The notes under the pieces: generated by a model
Told to the model about the DNA's origin: nothing
Database searches by the model: none
What the model saw: only the letters and a program-made list of their open reading frames with translations
Source of the DNA: Octopus bimaculoides
Lineage: Eukaryota
Reading direction: 5' to 3'
Assembly: GCF_001194135.2 (NCBI RefSeq)
Contig: NC_068994.1
Location: forward strand, 35,783,022-35,819,760
Length of the DNA: 36,739 nucleotides
In this document: positions 22,130 through 34,691 of the stretch, in pieces
Layout of the letters: the number at the start of each line of letters is the position of its first letter
Position numbering within the stretch: position 1 is the first letter of the stretch
Position numbers and translations under genes: made by a program

Positions 22130-22980
22130 TTCTAATCTTTTCGGCTATTGGATTGCAACCATGGTGGGGGCACTTCTTTGAAGGGTTTTAGTCAACCAAA
22201 TCAACCCCAGTACTAATATTTTTACATTTGGTGCTTATTGCTCTCTATTGCCAAACTACTAAGATATTGGGGCATAAATATATATATTGTTCTATTATTC
22301 TATGTTTCAGCCTTAAAGTTGTAACCTTTATTTATGTATTTATTTAAGCATTTATGTACGTGTACAAAGGGCTTCCATACAGATTCCATCTCCCAAATTC
22401 ACTTAGAGGGCATTGGTTGTCCAAGGGCTATAGTACAAGATACTGGCCCAGAGTGACACACAGTGGGATTGAACACAACAATTCAGAAGAATATATAGAT
22501 ATATTTATGTTTAACATAGTTGACTAATAATAATAATGATTATAATGATAATGATAATAATTATTATTATTATTTCAAATTTTGGTACAAGAACAGAAAT
22601 TTTGGGGGAGGGGTAATTTGCTTAAATCAACCCGAGTTCGCAACTGGTACTTATTTTATTGACCCTGGAAGGCTGAAAAGCAAAGTTGATCTCAGCAGAA
22701 TTTGAATTTAGAATGTAAAGACAGATGAAATGTTGCTAAGCATTTTGTCCAGCATGCTAATGATTCTGCTAGCTCACCATCTTAATAATAATAATGTGTG
22801 TGTGTGTGTGTGTTTATGATGGACTTCTTTTAGTTTTTGTCTACAAAAATCTACTCACAAGGCTTTGGCAGCCTGGGACTATTGTACAATATATATGCCC
22901 AAAGTGCCAAGCTGTGGGACTGAACTCAGAATCATATAGCTGGGAAGGAAACTTCTTACTAGACAGCCATGCCTGGATGT
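22130..22980 (-). mobile_element. Cluster: degenerate SINE A (22130-22490), SINE B (22570-22790), SINE A head (22795-22980)
   Basis: Reverse-complement matches to family A and B diagnostic motifs. Confidence 0.75.
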
Positions 22981-23859
22981 GAATAGAATCTCAATAAAAG
23001 ACTAAAACTAAGACCACTGGGACTCAAACATATTGTAATTGTCTTTCGTTCTCCAGAAATGGCCAATGCTTATATACGGAAGACTTTGAGAATATAGCAG
23101 TGGAAAAGAGAAGTGCTTTAGGAAAAAAAAAAAGAAGCAAATAAACTATCAGTTAAGCTTCAATATATTGTGATGTCTTTCCCCGCTCCATACTGAGTAC
23201 TATGTTGGTGGACCAAGTGAACTTTACTAAACAATGGTGTAATATTCAATATGAAGAAATAAAGTAATAATCAATTACCATTTATTCTACATAATAGTAT
23301 AATACTACAATCATTATTAGGTTGTTTTATTGAAATTATGAGTTTTACAATGTGATGAGAGTATCGGGAAGTGGTGGTGGTGGGGTAGACTCCATATGGT
23401 TGATCGACTTGTGAGAATTAGTGGCTAAATCTTCCACATATTACATCCCCACCATCTTAAAAATGAGTGAGGAAGAGGAGGTAAAGGATGAAGAAGAAGA
23501 GATGGTGGTGAAGGCAATGACAAAGGTTAACAGCAGCTATTGGATTGCGATGATGATTCAAATATGCATTATTGTTTAACTTAAATTGTTAGAGCACCAA
23601 ACAAAATGCATTGTAATATTTTAGTTTCAGTCCTTTGCATTGTGAGTTCAAATCTTGCAGAGATCAAATTTACCTTTCATCCTTTTAGAGGTAATAAAAT
23701 AAAGTATTTTTGAATTACTAGGGTTAACTCATATTCATATAAAGTATCCTTGTGTGTGAACAGAATTATAATAAAAGACTAAGATTAAAGTTATAGTCTT
23801 TGGTAAAAATATCATAAGACAGCATTTAAGAATTAACAGTATTTTATCCATTCACCGTT

Positions 23860-24155
23860 AGACGGTGGTGAGAGGGACAAATGCACACACACACACACAT
23901 ATGTGTGTGTGTGTGTCTATATGTATGTGTATATGTATATGTATGTATGTATATGTGTGTGTGTATACAACCTTCAACAAAGTAACAATTGTATACAACT
24001 TGAACAGATACATATCAGTACATAAACATACATTCACATGTACACATACACACACACAGGTCTACACACTTATAAATACTCACGTACATACATAAGTACA
24101 TACTTACATACATACATACATACATGCATATAGGCATGCATACGCACATACATGT

Positions 24156-24189
<34 letters not shown>

Positions 24190-24232
24190 GCACACACACA
24201 CACACACATACATACATACATACATACATATC
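23860..24232. repeat. CA/TG/CATA compound microsatellite
   Basis: Directly visible. Confidence 0.95.
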
Positions 24233-24244
24233 ATGAACTAACTG

Positions 24245-24462
24245 TTACTTTCTCAGATGCAGCACAGAATTTTGTCAGTGAACAGGTCACGGTCTCAAAG
24301 TGACAAAAATATTTTGGCAAATTAAATTCAAATGTTGAAGTGAATCTAACAGTTTTTGTGTTTCTTAAATGGCTTATAAACACCTTCCACACTGCAATTG
24401 TTTTCGTTTCAGCACATGATCTCAGATCAGGTCACTTGCCATGCAAGTACATCTCCGTAATT
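24245..24462. mobile_element. Interspersed repeat fragment, possibly DNA-transposon derived
   Basis: TTTTGTCAGTGAACAGGTC..GATCTCAGATCAGGTCACTTGC..GTACATCTCCGTAA, recalled as a common Octopus repeat. Single copy here, no TIR seen. Confidence 0.35.
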
Positions 24463-25166
24463 ATTTTATTATAATGTACAAATATTTTTAGAGAGTATGT
24501 CAACCATGCTGAAGCTAACACTGGAGTTCAATGCAGCCCTGCAGCATGTTGGATTTGGTCAAGTGATTTAACCCATGCCAGTATGGACAATAGACATTAA
24601 ATGATGATGATGGTGGTGGTGGTTTTGGTGGTGGTGATGATGATAGATGAATGAATGAATTAAAGCCTACAGGACAATTGCATACATTAAAAATTGTGTA
24701 GTTAACATTACAGAAAGGCTGCCAAAGGGTTAAAATATTGATTCTTAATGACCAGAATTTAAAAACATTGCAAATATATGATCAAAGGAGAAAACAATAA
24801 TGTTAAAGAAAGCCAAAAGGTGTAGAGTTAAAATAGAAGCCATATGTTAGACAGGGTTGATGTTTCTAGTGTATAGAAAACAACATCAGTGTGAAAAGTA
24901 ATAAGAATTGATGAGGTGATTAATGAAGAACTTAATCAAGCATGGCACTGTAGAACACAAGTAAGTTTCTAGGTAACCAAATCAACAATCCATTTTTTTC
25001 TTATATTCCTTGTAAAAGCCATTTTACTAGACATTTCACTTGTGCCCAGCAAACCAATTATTTATTTTTATACTAATTATGAGATTTCTCCATTTCTGTT
25101 TGAGAGCATTTTAACCATTTTGACACCAGCCAGTCTTTAAGTATTTTCATATAAAAGTCTTTCACT

Positions 25167-25385
25167 TTAACCCTTTTGATACCAATCCAACTGAAACTCC
25201 TAGTTCTACGATACAGATTCATTGTTTTAAAATGATCTAAGTTAAAGCCTTCCATTAGAAGCTCATATTAATTTATGTTCAAAACCATCTTACTGACAGT
25301 CACTTACTAAATTCTTTACTATTTGCAAAATTTAATAAAACAAAAGCAGTATATGTTAACAGAAGTATAGTAACAAAGTGTTTAA
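25167..25385. mobile_element. piggyBac-like MITE
   Basis: TTAA-CCCTTTTGATACCA at the left end and TAGTAACAAAGTGT-TTAA at the right end (13/18 inverse identity including the TTAA). Confidence 0.6.
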
Positions 25386-25954
25386 AGTGCTTATATTTAA
25401 AATACCAGTCAAATGCTGGGAGTAATTTAATTGATTGATACTGGTGTCCTTCAGGCTTCTTCAAGTAAAAGATTACACATAACCTCAACTGAATTTTCTT
25501 ATTACCACTTGTATTGGAAGGAGTTAACCTCAATATCCACAATATATCTGTAAGTAGCATTGACCTCAGGTTTGATAGAACACTGCCATACAAATTCTAT
25601 AATTAATGGTATACGCAGCATGCTTGTCATGCTGACTAAAACAGGAAAACAAGATATTTAAATTGAAACCTTCCATCATCACTTCATGTAAGGACTTTCT
25701 GTTATGTTCCAAACACCAGCTTTATAATGAAGTAAATTAATTGCTTTACAAAGTCTTTCCAAATTTTTGATTATTTTCAAAGTTAACTGAATCACATAGA
25801 CAAATTATTTCAATAGAAATAAGGTGGAGATAGAATCAAAGCAACTCTAGTTTCCTTATCTGTTGTGAATATTTTAAAATAAACTTCACACAGAATAACT
25901 GTGACAAAGAACTCCAGCTCTTTGCATTCTGACAGTAGCAGCTATGACAATGAT

Positions 25955-26150
25955 TCCAAGCTGTATTGGCCCAAGCTGGTAGAGCTTCTCTTATATAAAT
26001 ATCAGTTGGCATTCATGGGTGACTGTCAGTCTTTCTTTAAAAAGTTTGCCCAGATTAGCACATACATGCATAGATGAATGATCACCTCAGACAGATGGAG
26101 GGCTCCATCATACCAACCAAAGATCTAACTTGGCTCCAAATTTTAAGATG
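25955..26150 (+). repeat. Unclassified ~200-bp dispersed repeat, copy 1 (copy 2 at ~28345-28550)
   Basis: CCAAGCTGTATTGG..ATGAATG..GATGGAGGGCTCCATCATACCAACCAAAGATCT..CCAAATTTTAA is collinear with the second copy. Confidence 0.75.
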
Positions 26151-26729
26151 CCCAGTAGTGACAGGAAGGTTTTCATTTCATGCAATAACCATTGAGGTCT
26201 GCAATTACTGGGCAAGGAACATCTTAGGGTCATGGACGTCCTTTGTGACTGTATAAGCATATAAAACAATGAATGACAGCACTGTACATACTGCTAGGTC
26301 ATGGTTGTGAGGGATGATATTTATGGTACACATAAACAAAGATTCAAATACACACATGGTTACACACATGGTTACACACAGCCTGGCAATTATGTTAATA
26401 AGAATGAAAAGGTATAGTCTAAAGTGGAATTTTTCAAGGAATTCCATCAGATGTAACAAGAATGAAAAAGCTTTAGTCTGCTTTTTTCTTTTTTAATATC
26501 AAAATTCATAAGGCATGAATCTGTGACTTGTAATATATTTTGTCTGTTTTTGAAGTCATCAACCGGTAATGAAACAGATAAGTGCTCAAGTAACATAAGC
26601 CAAATAATAAAGATGTTGAACTATCCAGATGTGTGGCCATACAGATGCAAGACTATAAAGATTTAGCATTATTAATATAAATATGTATAACTCTACAGCA
26701 GTAATAACATTGAGCAGGGAGGACTCTTA

Positions 26730-27250
26730 TGTTTTGCAGGGTACAAGACAACCTCACTAGCAATGGTGCCACAATAAAATACACCCAGTACACTTTATAA
26801 AGTGGTTGTAGGATAAACAGAGAAAACAACATCAAGAGAAATTTTTAGTCCTGTCTTGATGAGGATGACAACTTCTCTAGCACTGGTACCATGATAAAGT
26901 GCACCTATAACACTTTAATTTGCTGATGTTAGGATGAGAATCCAACCATGGAAACAGCCAAAAATGAAATGTACAGGCAAGATATGGTCCTCCAATACTA
27001 CTAGAAGGGCACTTACTCCCAGTAAGAACTGACTTAAACAGTGGCAATCTGCCCAGCCCATACCAGCATGAAAGCAGACATAAAACCTTAATGATGATTA
27101 TAATGAAATAAATGTGACTCAGTGGTTAGGGTATTGAATTCATGATCCTAAATTCAAGGATTCCATTCCTAGATTGGGTTAGTATGTTGTGCATTCAGCA
27201 ACGCAATTTATTTCATCTTGTTTCAATTTACTCAGTTAAAATGAACCCAA
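26730..27250 (+). mobile_element. Degenerate family D/RTE-type tail(s) followed by SINE family C (27113-27250)
   Basis: TGGTGCCAC..CACCCAGTACAC..AAAGTGGTT and CCCATACCAGCATGAAAG..AATGATGA; then TCAGTGGTTAGGG..GGATTCCATTCC. Confidence 0.6.
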
Positions 27251-27585
27251 GCCAAGTGCTGGTGCAGCTTTCTCTCCTTCCAGCTGTCATATCCTGGATG
27301 TTCTGCTGGGTGAAGGCTAGAAGTGCCAAAAGAACATCCATGTCTACTCGTAAATATAAAAGTACTTAAAACAATTACCCAGAACATAGCACATACTATT
27401 AGATTATCTTCAGTTCTAAGTGACAGAGGTAGATTTAATGATACAGATATACAGATGCTTTCTGGCAATGAAACTTAATATTTATAAAGATGATTTCATC
27501 TCTGACTCTCTATTTCTCTCTTACTTTCTAACTCTTCCCACAATATCTCTCAATCTAACTCGCTATCTATTTATTATACAATCAG

Positions 27586-28056
27586 ATAAGGTGGCAAACT
27601 GGCAGCATTGTTAGTGTGCTGGACCAAATGCTTAATGGCATTTCTTTTGGCTTTACATTTCAAGTTCAAATCTCATTAAGGTCATCTTAGCTTTTCATCC
27701 TTTTGGAGCCAATAAAATAAAGTACTGGCCAAGTATTGGGGTTGATGTAATTGGCTACACCTCCCCACCCACCAAATTGCTGGCCTTGTACCAAAATTTG
27801 AAACCATTATATTGTTGGATAGGCAGCATTTTTAGTTATCATTGAATTTCTAAATGTTCTTTTATATTCTTTTCTACTCTAGGCACAAGGCCCAAAATTT
27901 TGGGGGAAGGAGGCCAGTTGATTAGATCGACCCCATCCTGGAGGGATGAAAGGCAAAGTTGACTTTGCTGGAATTTGAACTCAGAATGTAAAGACAGATG
28001 AAATACTGCTAAGCATTTCGCCCGGTATGTTAACGTTTCTATCAGCTTGCTGCATT
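27586..28056. mobile_element. Tail-to-tail inverted pair of SINE family B
   Basis: Plus copy ~27586-27810, minus copy ~27865-28056. Confidence 0.85.
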
Positions 28057-29334
28057 TTTTTATATTGAACACACAAAACAAAAAAATCCTTAAATTTATG
28101 AGCATTCTTAGTTACAGACTATATAAGAGAGTTAACTATAGTAACTTTGTATTATTACAAAACTAAAGTCATTACCACATGGTGAACTGGCAGACTTGCT
28201 AGGCCATGGATAATATACCTCATGGTATTTGTTTTGACCTTCTACATTCTAGTTTTAAATGCCACAGTGATCAACTTTACCTGTTATTCTTTGGAGTCAA
28301 TAGATACTGTGCAGTATCTGTTTCAATCCTTTGCATTCTGAGTGTATATTGGCCAAGCTATATTGACTAAAGTTGGCAGACCTCTTGGATAAACATCATG
28401 TGGCATGGAGGAGGGAGATTTGCAGTCTTCCTTAAAAAAAATTTTGCTCAGGTTTGTACATACATACATATATATATATGAATGGTTGTCTTAGACTGAT
28501 GGAGGCCTCCACCATACCAATCAAAGATCTGACTCAGTGCCAAATTTTTAATTCCAGAAACATTACCCCTGTCTTTCTTGACAAAGAGCTATCATTAACA
28601 CTAATTTTTGAAAGTTTTCATTACAGATGTATAATTTAATTTAATTAAAAATTTATTTTTGCTTACTACATTATGTTAACCTGTGCATAACTGAAATGAA
28701 TATAAGTACATGAATGAATACTCCCATCAGTATGATTGTCAATGGAGGGTCTCAGACCTAACCACTACTCCTCTTCCATTTATTTGGTCTTAAAGCTCTG
28801 TTTGGGATTAATAGGATCAGTAGACTATAAGTTCTCCTTTAACCTGATTTACTGTTGGGGTTGACTCCTTCAGCCTTTGCCTCTTTGCTGGTATTCACTG
28901 GTAGAGAGTGTTTATGCTGAGAGTCGACCTTCTCCTTGTCTGGTTACTTTCCCAAGACTGCTCAGTTCAGATTGGCTGTCCATTTATACTACTGGGGGTT
29001 CGGGGAGATGACAATAGTTAGAGTATACTTTCTCCAAGAAATATGCTTTAATAAATGCTACAGGATGTTCACTCTTACTGGTTTTACAGCATGGCAGACA
29101 CAAATCTGAGATTCCTATGTCACTGTCTCATTGTTAGATAGTCAGTGGCCCTCTATTTGGTCTATCTGTCCTTTACAGAACAACAGCAAAAATTATAGAG
29201 GTATAAAAAAAAATTAATTTTTTGATGTTTTTATAAAGTCAATCTTGAACGTATTATAGTTTGAAAATTAAATATAAAACCTTAATCAAATTCTAGCAAC
29301 ATAAAAATCAGCATGGAGATTTAACAAAGGGAAA

Positions 29335-29750
29335 TATAAGTGCTTGGTTGTGCAGTTAAGAAGTTTGCTTCCCAACCACATGACTTCAGGTTCAGTCCCA
29401 TCTTGGGCAAGTGTGTTCTACAATAATCCTGGATAACCAAACACTTGTGAGTGGATTTGGTAGATGGAAACAGAAGGAAGCCCATGTGTGTGAATGTGTG
29501 TATTTTTGTGTGTGTGTGTGTCTTCTTGTCTTAACATTGCATGATATTGGAAACCTGTCATTCATTTGCAATATTCTGTAGAAACATATCTGACTATGGG
29601 AAAATATTACCTTCATTGGTGAAGGAAGGGCACCTAGCCATAAAAAATATGCCTCGGAAAACCTTTGTCTGACCCATGCAAGCATGGAAAAAGAGTTCAT
29701 TAAAAAGAGGTTATTAAAATAATGATGATAATGATGATGAAATCCTTGTA
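29335..29750 (+). mobile_element. SINE with family A head and alternative (family D, RTE-like) tail
   Basis: Family A head and TG spacer, then TCTTGTCTTAACATTGC..GGAAGGGCA..GACCCATGCAAGCATGGAAAA..(ATG)n instead of the usual tail. Confidence 0.75.
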
Positions 29751-30044
29751 GTGCATTAATAAATGGATGTTAAGTTACATAGACATAAAAGAGCACTAAA
29801 ATAAACAATTTGTTATATTTAGCTACGTAACTGTTTATTTTGTGTACCTAATCTCACCACTAAGATAAACTTGGTCTCTTTTCCCTATGGGACCATTAAA
29901 TATAAGTATTATTGTGTGGGTACATTTCTTTTATTCCACTGGGGTTATTAATGTAAATACAAGTGCTATTTTGGGGGTGTAAATTCCATTTAGTTACAGA
30001 TATCTATGAAAATTGTATTTGCATTCATGTATGAAACTAACAGT

Positions 30045-30258
30045 GGTTTCAAATTTCTGCAAAAGGCCAGCAATTTAGTGAGAGGGGAAAGTCGATTATA
30101 TTGACCCCAGTTCTCAACTGGTTCTTATTTTATCAGCCCCAAAATGATGAAAAGCAAAGTCAACCTTGGTAGAATTTGAACTCAGAACATAAAGACAGAT
30201 GAAATACCACTAAGCATTTTTCCCAGCATACTTGTGATTCTGCAGCTCACCACCTTAA
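30045..30258 (-). mobile_element. SINE family B
   Basis: TGGTTTCAAATTT..AATTTGAACTCAGAAC..AAGCATTT..CACCTTA. Confidence 0.85.
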
Positions 30259-30544
30259 GTATGAAAACTAATATTACAATGTAAAACTGTATCTCATGCC
30301 AAGCAATTGCCATTCATTTAAATATAGAGTCAACAAGGGAACCTTTATGCAGTCGTTAAATTTGCCAGAAATAGTAGTTAAATATTCCTCAAATCAACTG
30401 ACTATATCAATAAATGACATGTTTGATATTTGATCCTGAGTTCTCTATGCATAGGAAAAAGTTGGAATGGGCATGGTTGGGATGCTTTGATCATAGGTTT
30501 ACTTGATCAGGCCTGACTTGGAGCAAAACAACACCATTAACTTA

Positions 30545-30801
30545 TATATGCAGACACACAAACACACACACACACACACACATTAACACATACAGACACA
30601 CAAGCATGCATATATATTCATACATCCACATATATATATATATTACACTCATATATATACACATAAACATATGTATGTGTGTTAGATGATGAACCTCATA
30701 AATAGTTAAATCAGTGACTCTTCTTGCTTGACAGCAGATAATAATGATAAAAACTACAACATTAAGAACTACAACAATGGAAATCCACACAATCACATAC
30801 A

Positions 30802-30833
<32 letters not shown>

Positions 30834-31044
30834 CTCAATCCGCCCACATATACACACATACATATGCACAAATACACCCATTCTGTCATATAGGCATTGA
30901 GAAACACGAACATACACATGCCTACACACATAGATTCACACGTACATATATACATACATACATACACATACATACATACATACATACTGTCATGCACGCA
31001 TTCATACATACGTAATACATACAGACATACATACACAAACCCAC

Positions 31045-31077
<33 letters not shown>

Positions 31078-31290
31078 CATGTATGCAAGAATACATATAA
31101 AAACACAAATACATACACACATACATACCTACTTTGCATACATACACAAGAATAGACATACTGCTATACATAAGCACATACATATACAAATGAAAAGACA
31201 CACACACTGCAATACATACTTACACAAACACACCATACTACTGTACATGCATACACAAGCACAATCACACATACACAGATAGACACATCT
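30545..31290. repeat. CA/TA/CATA degenerate microsatellite field
   Basis: Directly visible; source of several artefact ORFs. Confidence 0.9.
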
Positions 31291-31569
31291 ATAAATTTAC
31301 GCAATAAATGAAGTTTAAGAATGATAGAGATTCACATAAGCCAAATGTTCACAACTCTGTTACAAAAACACAGCTAGTTTAACACTCTTCAATGATTTTT
31401 ATTTCCATCTAACTCATTTCCTAGTGGCTATTATATGAACAATAAATGATTGGTATTGGCCATTATGTAAAATAAACGGTCAGTATAAAGATTTGGAAGA
31501 AAGAAATTTTCTTTGTTTCCAACGATATGAAAATAGTCATTTCATATTTGAAATCTATATTATAGGAAC

Positions 31570-31970
31570 AAGCATGGATGTGTGGTTAGAAGTTTGCTAC
31601 CCAACCACATGGTTCCAAGTTCAGTCCCATTGTGTGGCACCATGGGCAAGTGTTTTCTACTATAACATCAGGTTGAGCAAAGCCTTGAAAGTGGGTTTAG
31701 TAGACGGAAACTGAAAGAAGCCTTTATAATATATATATGTATATGTATTCTTATTCTGTATATATGTGTGTGTATGTATGTGTCTGTGTTTGTCTCTGTT
31801 CACTACTTGCCAGCTGGTGTTGGTGTGTTTACTTAGCAGTTTGGCAAAAGAGACTGATAGAATAAGTACTAGACTTAAAATTAAAAAAATAAGTATTAGC
31901 GTTGAGTTGTTCAACTAAAATTCTCCAAGACATGCTCTGGCAGACTGAAACAAGTATGAGTAAAAGATAT
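31570..31970 (+). mobile_element. SINE family A, full-length
   Basis: Head, spacer and tail collinear with 19915-20285. Confidence 0.85.
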
Positions 31971-33334
31971 AGTTGGTGTCATTGTTGTTGTTACTGTTGC
32001 AGTCATAGCTGTTGTCATTTAAACCCAGGTGAAACTCAACTGAACAGACTTATGATCATATGACATACCAATCATGACTATCACATTTTTTTTTTTTTAG
32101 CAATAGTGTAACCCTGCCTCAACAACATTATCCAAAAATGTCCTTTGTTTTTTTAAGACACTAAGCAGAGAGTGGTATAAGAATGAGGGAGATAGGGCAG
32201 CTATTTCCAGCAGATCACAGGAATTTTTCGAGGGGAGGGCACAAAGTCAGAAGGGAATACGATTTCAGGAGAAAAGGGCATAATAACATTACTTAGAGGG
32301 GTGCACTTTTTTTCTTGAGGGGTGGCATGTGCCCCTCAGGCCCCCATTTCGGTCCGCTCCTAGATCATGCAATCATGTATAGAATGAAAAGACTCCCTCA
32401 TTGAAGTTGCTGAAGTCTACTTCAGTTGATCAGGTGGTTATGAAGAAAACTAGGCAAGCAAGTTTTAATGAAATATCTATATTTGTGGCTTTTGTTTTTT
32501 CATCAGGTAGGATTTTTTCCTACCTGTGTTTCTTTAATAGACCTGCAGTGTTGAAAGTCAAGAGATAACTAGAACTGAACTCTTGACTTCTGGAATGCTG
32601 TCAGTCATTCACAATCGTTTATTAGTCAGATTAAATGACTGATGGAACTTCTATATTAGCATTCTCTAGAAGACTAGTAATTGAGAAGAGTGATGCTGTT
32701 CTAGGAGAATATTCTGGGAATCAGTAAGAATGGACTGGTTGGTCCTTTGTAGGACCTTTAGCCTAGGGAGTATATAGTTAAATTCTAGATATCTCATGCC
32801 TGTTAATGCTACTGGGGGAGGGGTGGTCATTGCCAGTACATGATAAACTCTAGTATGGAGATACTAAAAGTAATGTCAGCTTGGCCTGTCTGCCAAGCAG
32901 GCAGAGCAATGAAACCATTCTGCATACATTTCTTCTGTATATGTATACTGAAGACTTTTGGATTTTTTGTTGAAGGGCAGCAGTTGTCAGTTGTCAGCTG
33001 ATCCCATTATGATAACCATTCTGCTGCTTTCCTTAGTGAAAAAGAAGAACAGATAGTGTTTTTTTTTCTTTTTTGTGGTTATGACAAAGGACATACTGTA
33101 GATGGAACTGAAAAAAAAACTGAAGACAAGCACTTTCTGCTGTGACCAAGACCACATCATCTTTTACAAGTTCCACTTAATGACAAGGTGAGGGTGAGAA
33201 GAAAGCCACTGCTTCCATATAGGCCTACATGTGTGCTAGGAAAAGGACGTTTACCCTTGGTAGCCAGAGTAATCTGGATCTGTGGTGTTCCTTGATTGCT
33301 GCTTGATAACTCTGGAGATCTTATAGAATCTTAT

Positions 33335-33492
33335 AAAGGCATGGCTGTGTGGTAAGAAGCTTGCTTCTCAACCTCATGGTTCTGGGTTCAGTCCCATTGC
33401 ATGGCACCTTGGGCAAGTGTCTTCTGCTATAGCCACAGGCTGACCAAAGCCTTGTGAGTAGATTTGGTAGGTAGAAACTAAAGAAGCCCATC

Positions 33493-33550
<58 letters not shown>

Positions 33551-33745
33551 GAGTGTGTGTTTGTACCCCCACCATCGCTTGGCAACCGACAACCAATGTT
33601 GGTGTGTTTATATCCCCATAACTTAGCAGTTCGGCAAGAGAGACCGATATAATAACTATTACGCTTACAAAGAATGGGTCCTGGGGTTGATTTGTTCAAC
33701 TAAAGGTGGTGCTCCGACATGGCCAAAAAAAAATAAAGGAATATA
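33335..33745 (+). mobile_element. SINE family A, full-length, with (TA)n spacer
   Basis: Head, spacer and tail collinear with 19915-20285. Confidence 0.9.
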
Positions 33746-33865
33746 AGAATTCTTCTTTACTTTCTTTCCTTTGTTTAGTTGATTTCAATGTAAAACCTAC
33801 ACTTTTTGAAACCTGTCCATATGATGTCACCTCATCCACCATCCTGGTGGCAAATATAAGAAATC

Positions 33866-34262
33866 ATTAATGTTGTTATTATTATTCAGTAGTCTTATTT
33901 TTATCACATGCTTTCACTGCACTACCAAGCCTAGCTCTGTGTGCCTTGAGTATGTGCTGTGGTTTGTTGTGATGATCTTATTTTTACTGTATTGAAAGTG
34001 TTTTATGTAAGATGTGTGCAGTGCCTAGTAGTGCTATTTTCTGTATGTTTTATATACTTGTTAGTCCTGGTGTTTTGTTATGTATCTGTCTGAATATTTC
34101 TTTATCATATCTAATACACCTACTGTGATAGGAATTGTTTCTGTTTTTAGACTCCACATTCAAGTTACCTCTATTTCCAGAACTTTGTATTTTGAAAGTC
34201 TTTCCATTTCTTTCAGAGAAACATTGTTGTCTATTGGTGTTGACACATTGATTAGAAAGCAT
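33866..34262 (-). mobile_element. 3' fragment of an RLE-type non-LTR retrotransposon (R4/Dong-like), with 3' UTR and (AAT)n tail
   Basis: Minus strand reads FLINVSTPIDNNVSLKEMERLSKYKVLEIEVT*MWSLKTETIPITVGVLDMIKKYSDRYITK, then after a frameshift TPGLTSI*NIQKIALLGTAHILHKTLSIQ*. This is the restriction-like endonuclease end typical of R2/R4-group LINEs. Final stop at 33984-33986. Confidence 0.8.
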
Positions 34263-34356
34263 TCTTTTATTATAAGGGGACCAATGAAATAAGTACCAGC
34301 TGTGCACTGGGCTTGATGTAATCAACTTCTCTTGAAATTATGCCAAAATCTGAAAC

Positions 34357-34393
<37 letters not shown>

Positions 34394-34579
34394 AGGTTCT
34401 CTTGTTTTAGGAGGATTGCACGATAGACATGTTTTCTTTCTTTTCTTTCTTTCTTTTTCTTTCTCTTAGGCTTTCTTTTAGCCCATTTCAACTTCTTCAC
34501 CCTTTCTTTCCCTTATCTTTTATGTAAACCCCATCACACAAATTGTAATCTTGTTCTTGTAATGTCTCCCTGATCTAAT

Positions 34580-34601
34580 ACCACTGTGGCAAATAACAGA
34601 T

Positions 34602-34645
<44 letters not shown>

Positions 34646-34654
34646 TATTATCAA

Positions 34655-34691
<37 letters not shown>

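Noticed and set aside
23040-23145. Candidate exons on either strand (NGQCLYTEDFENIAVEKRSALGKKKRSK, or LLFSTAIFSKSSVYKHWPFLENERQ)
   Set aside because: Acceptor-like sites exist on both strands, but there is no recognisable protein and no chain of phase-compatible exons.
25456-25550. Open 95-nt segment between CTTCAG| and |GTAAGT (ASSSKRLHITSTEFSYYHLYWKELTSISTIY)
   Set aside because: Splice signals are plausible but there is no homology or other support; expected by chance at this window size.
28700-29170. LTR-like segment (minus-strand TATAAA, CCAAT, AATAAA)
   Set aside because: No TG..CA boundaries with a TSD could be defined.
30700-30805. Transmembrane-like peptide VIVWISIVVVLNVVVFIIIICCQARR in ORF 30542-31207
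   Set aside because: Arises from the antisense of AAC/AAT-rich low-complexity DNA between microsatellites; donor site is weak.
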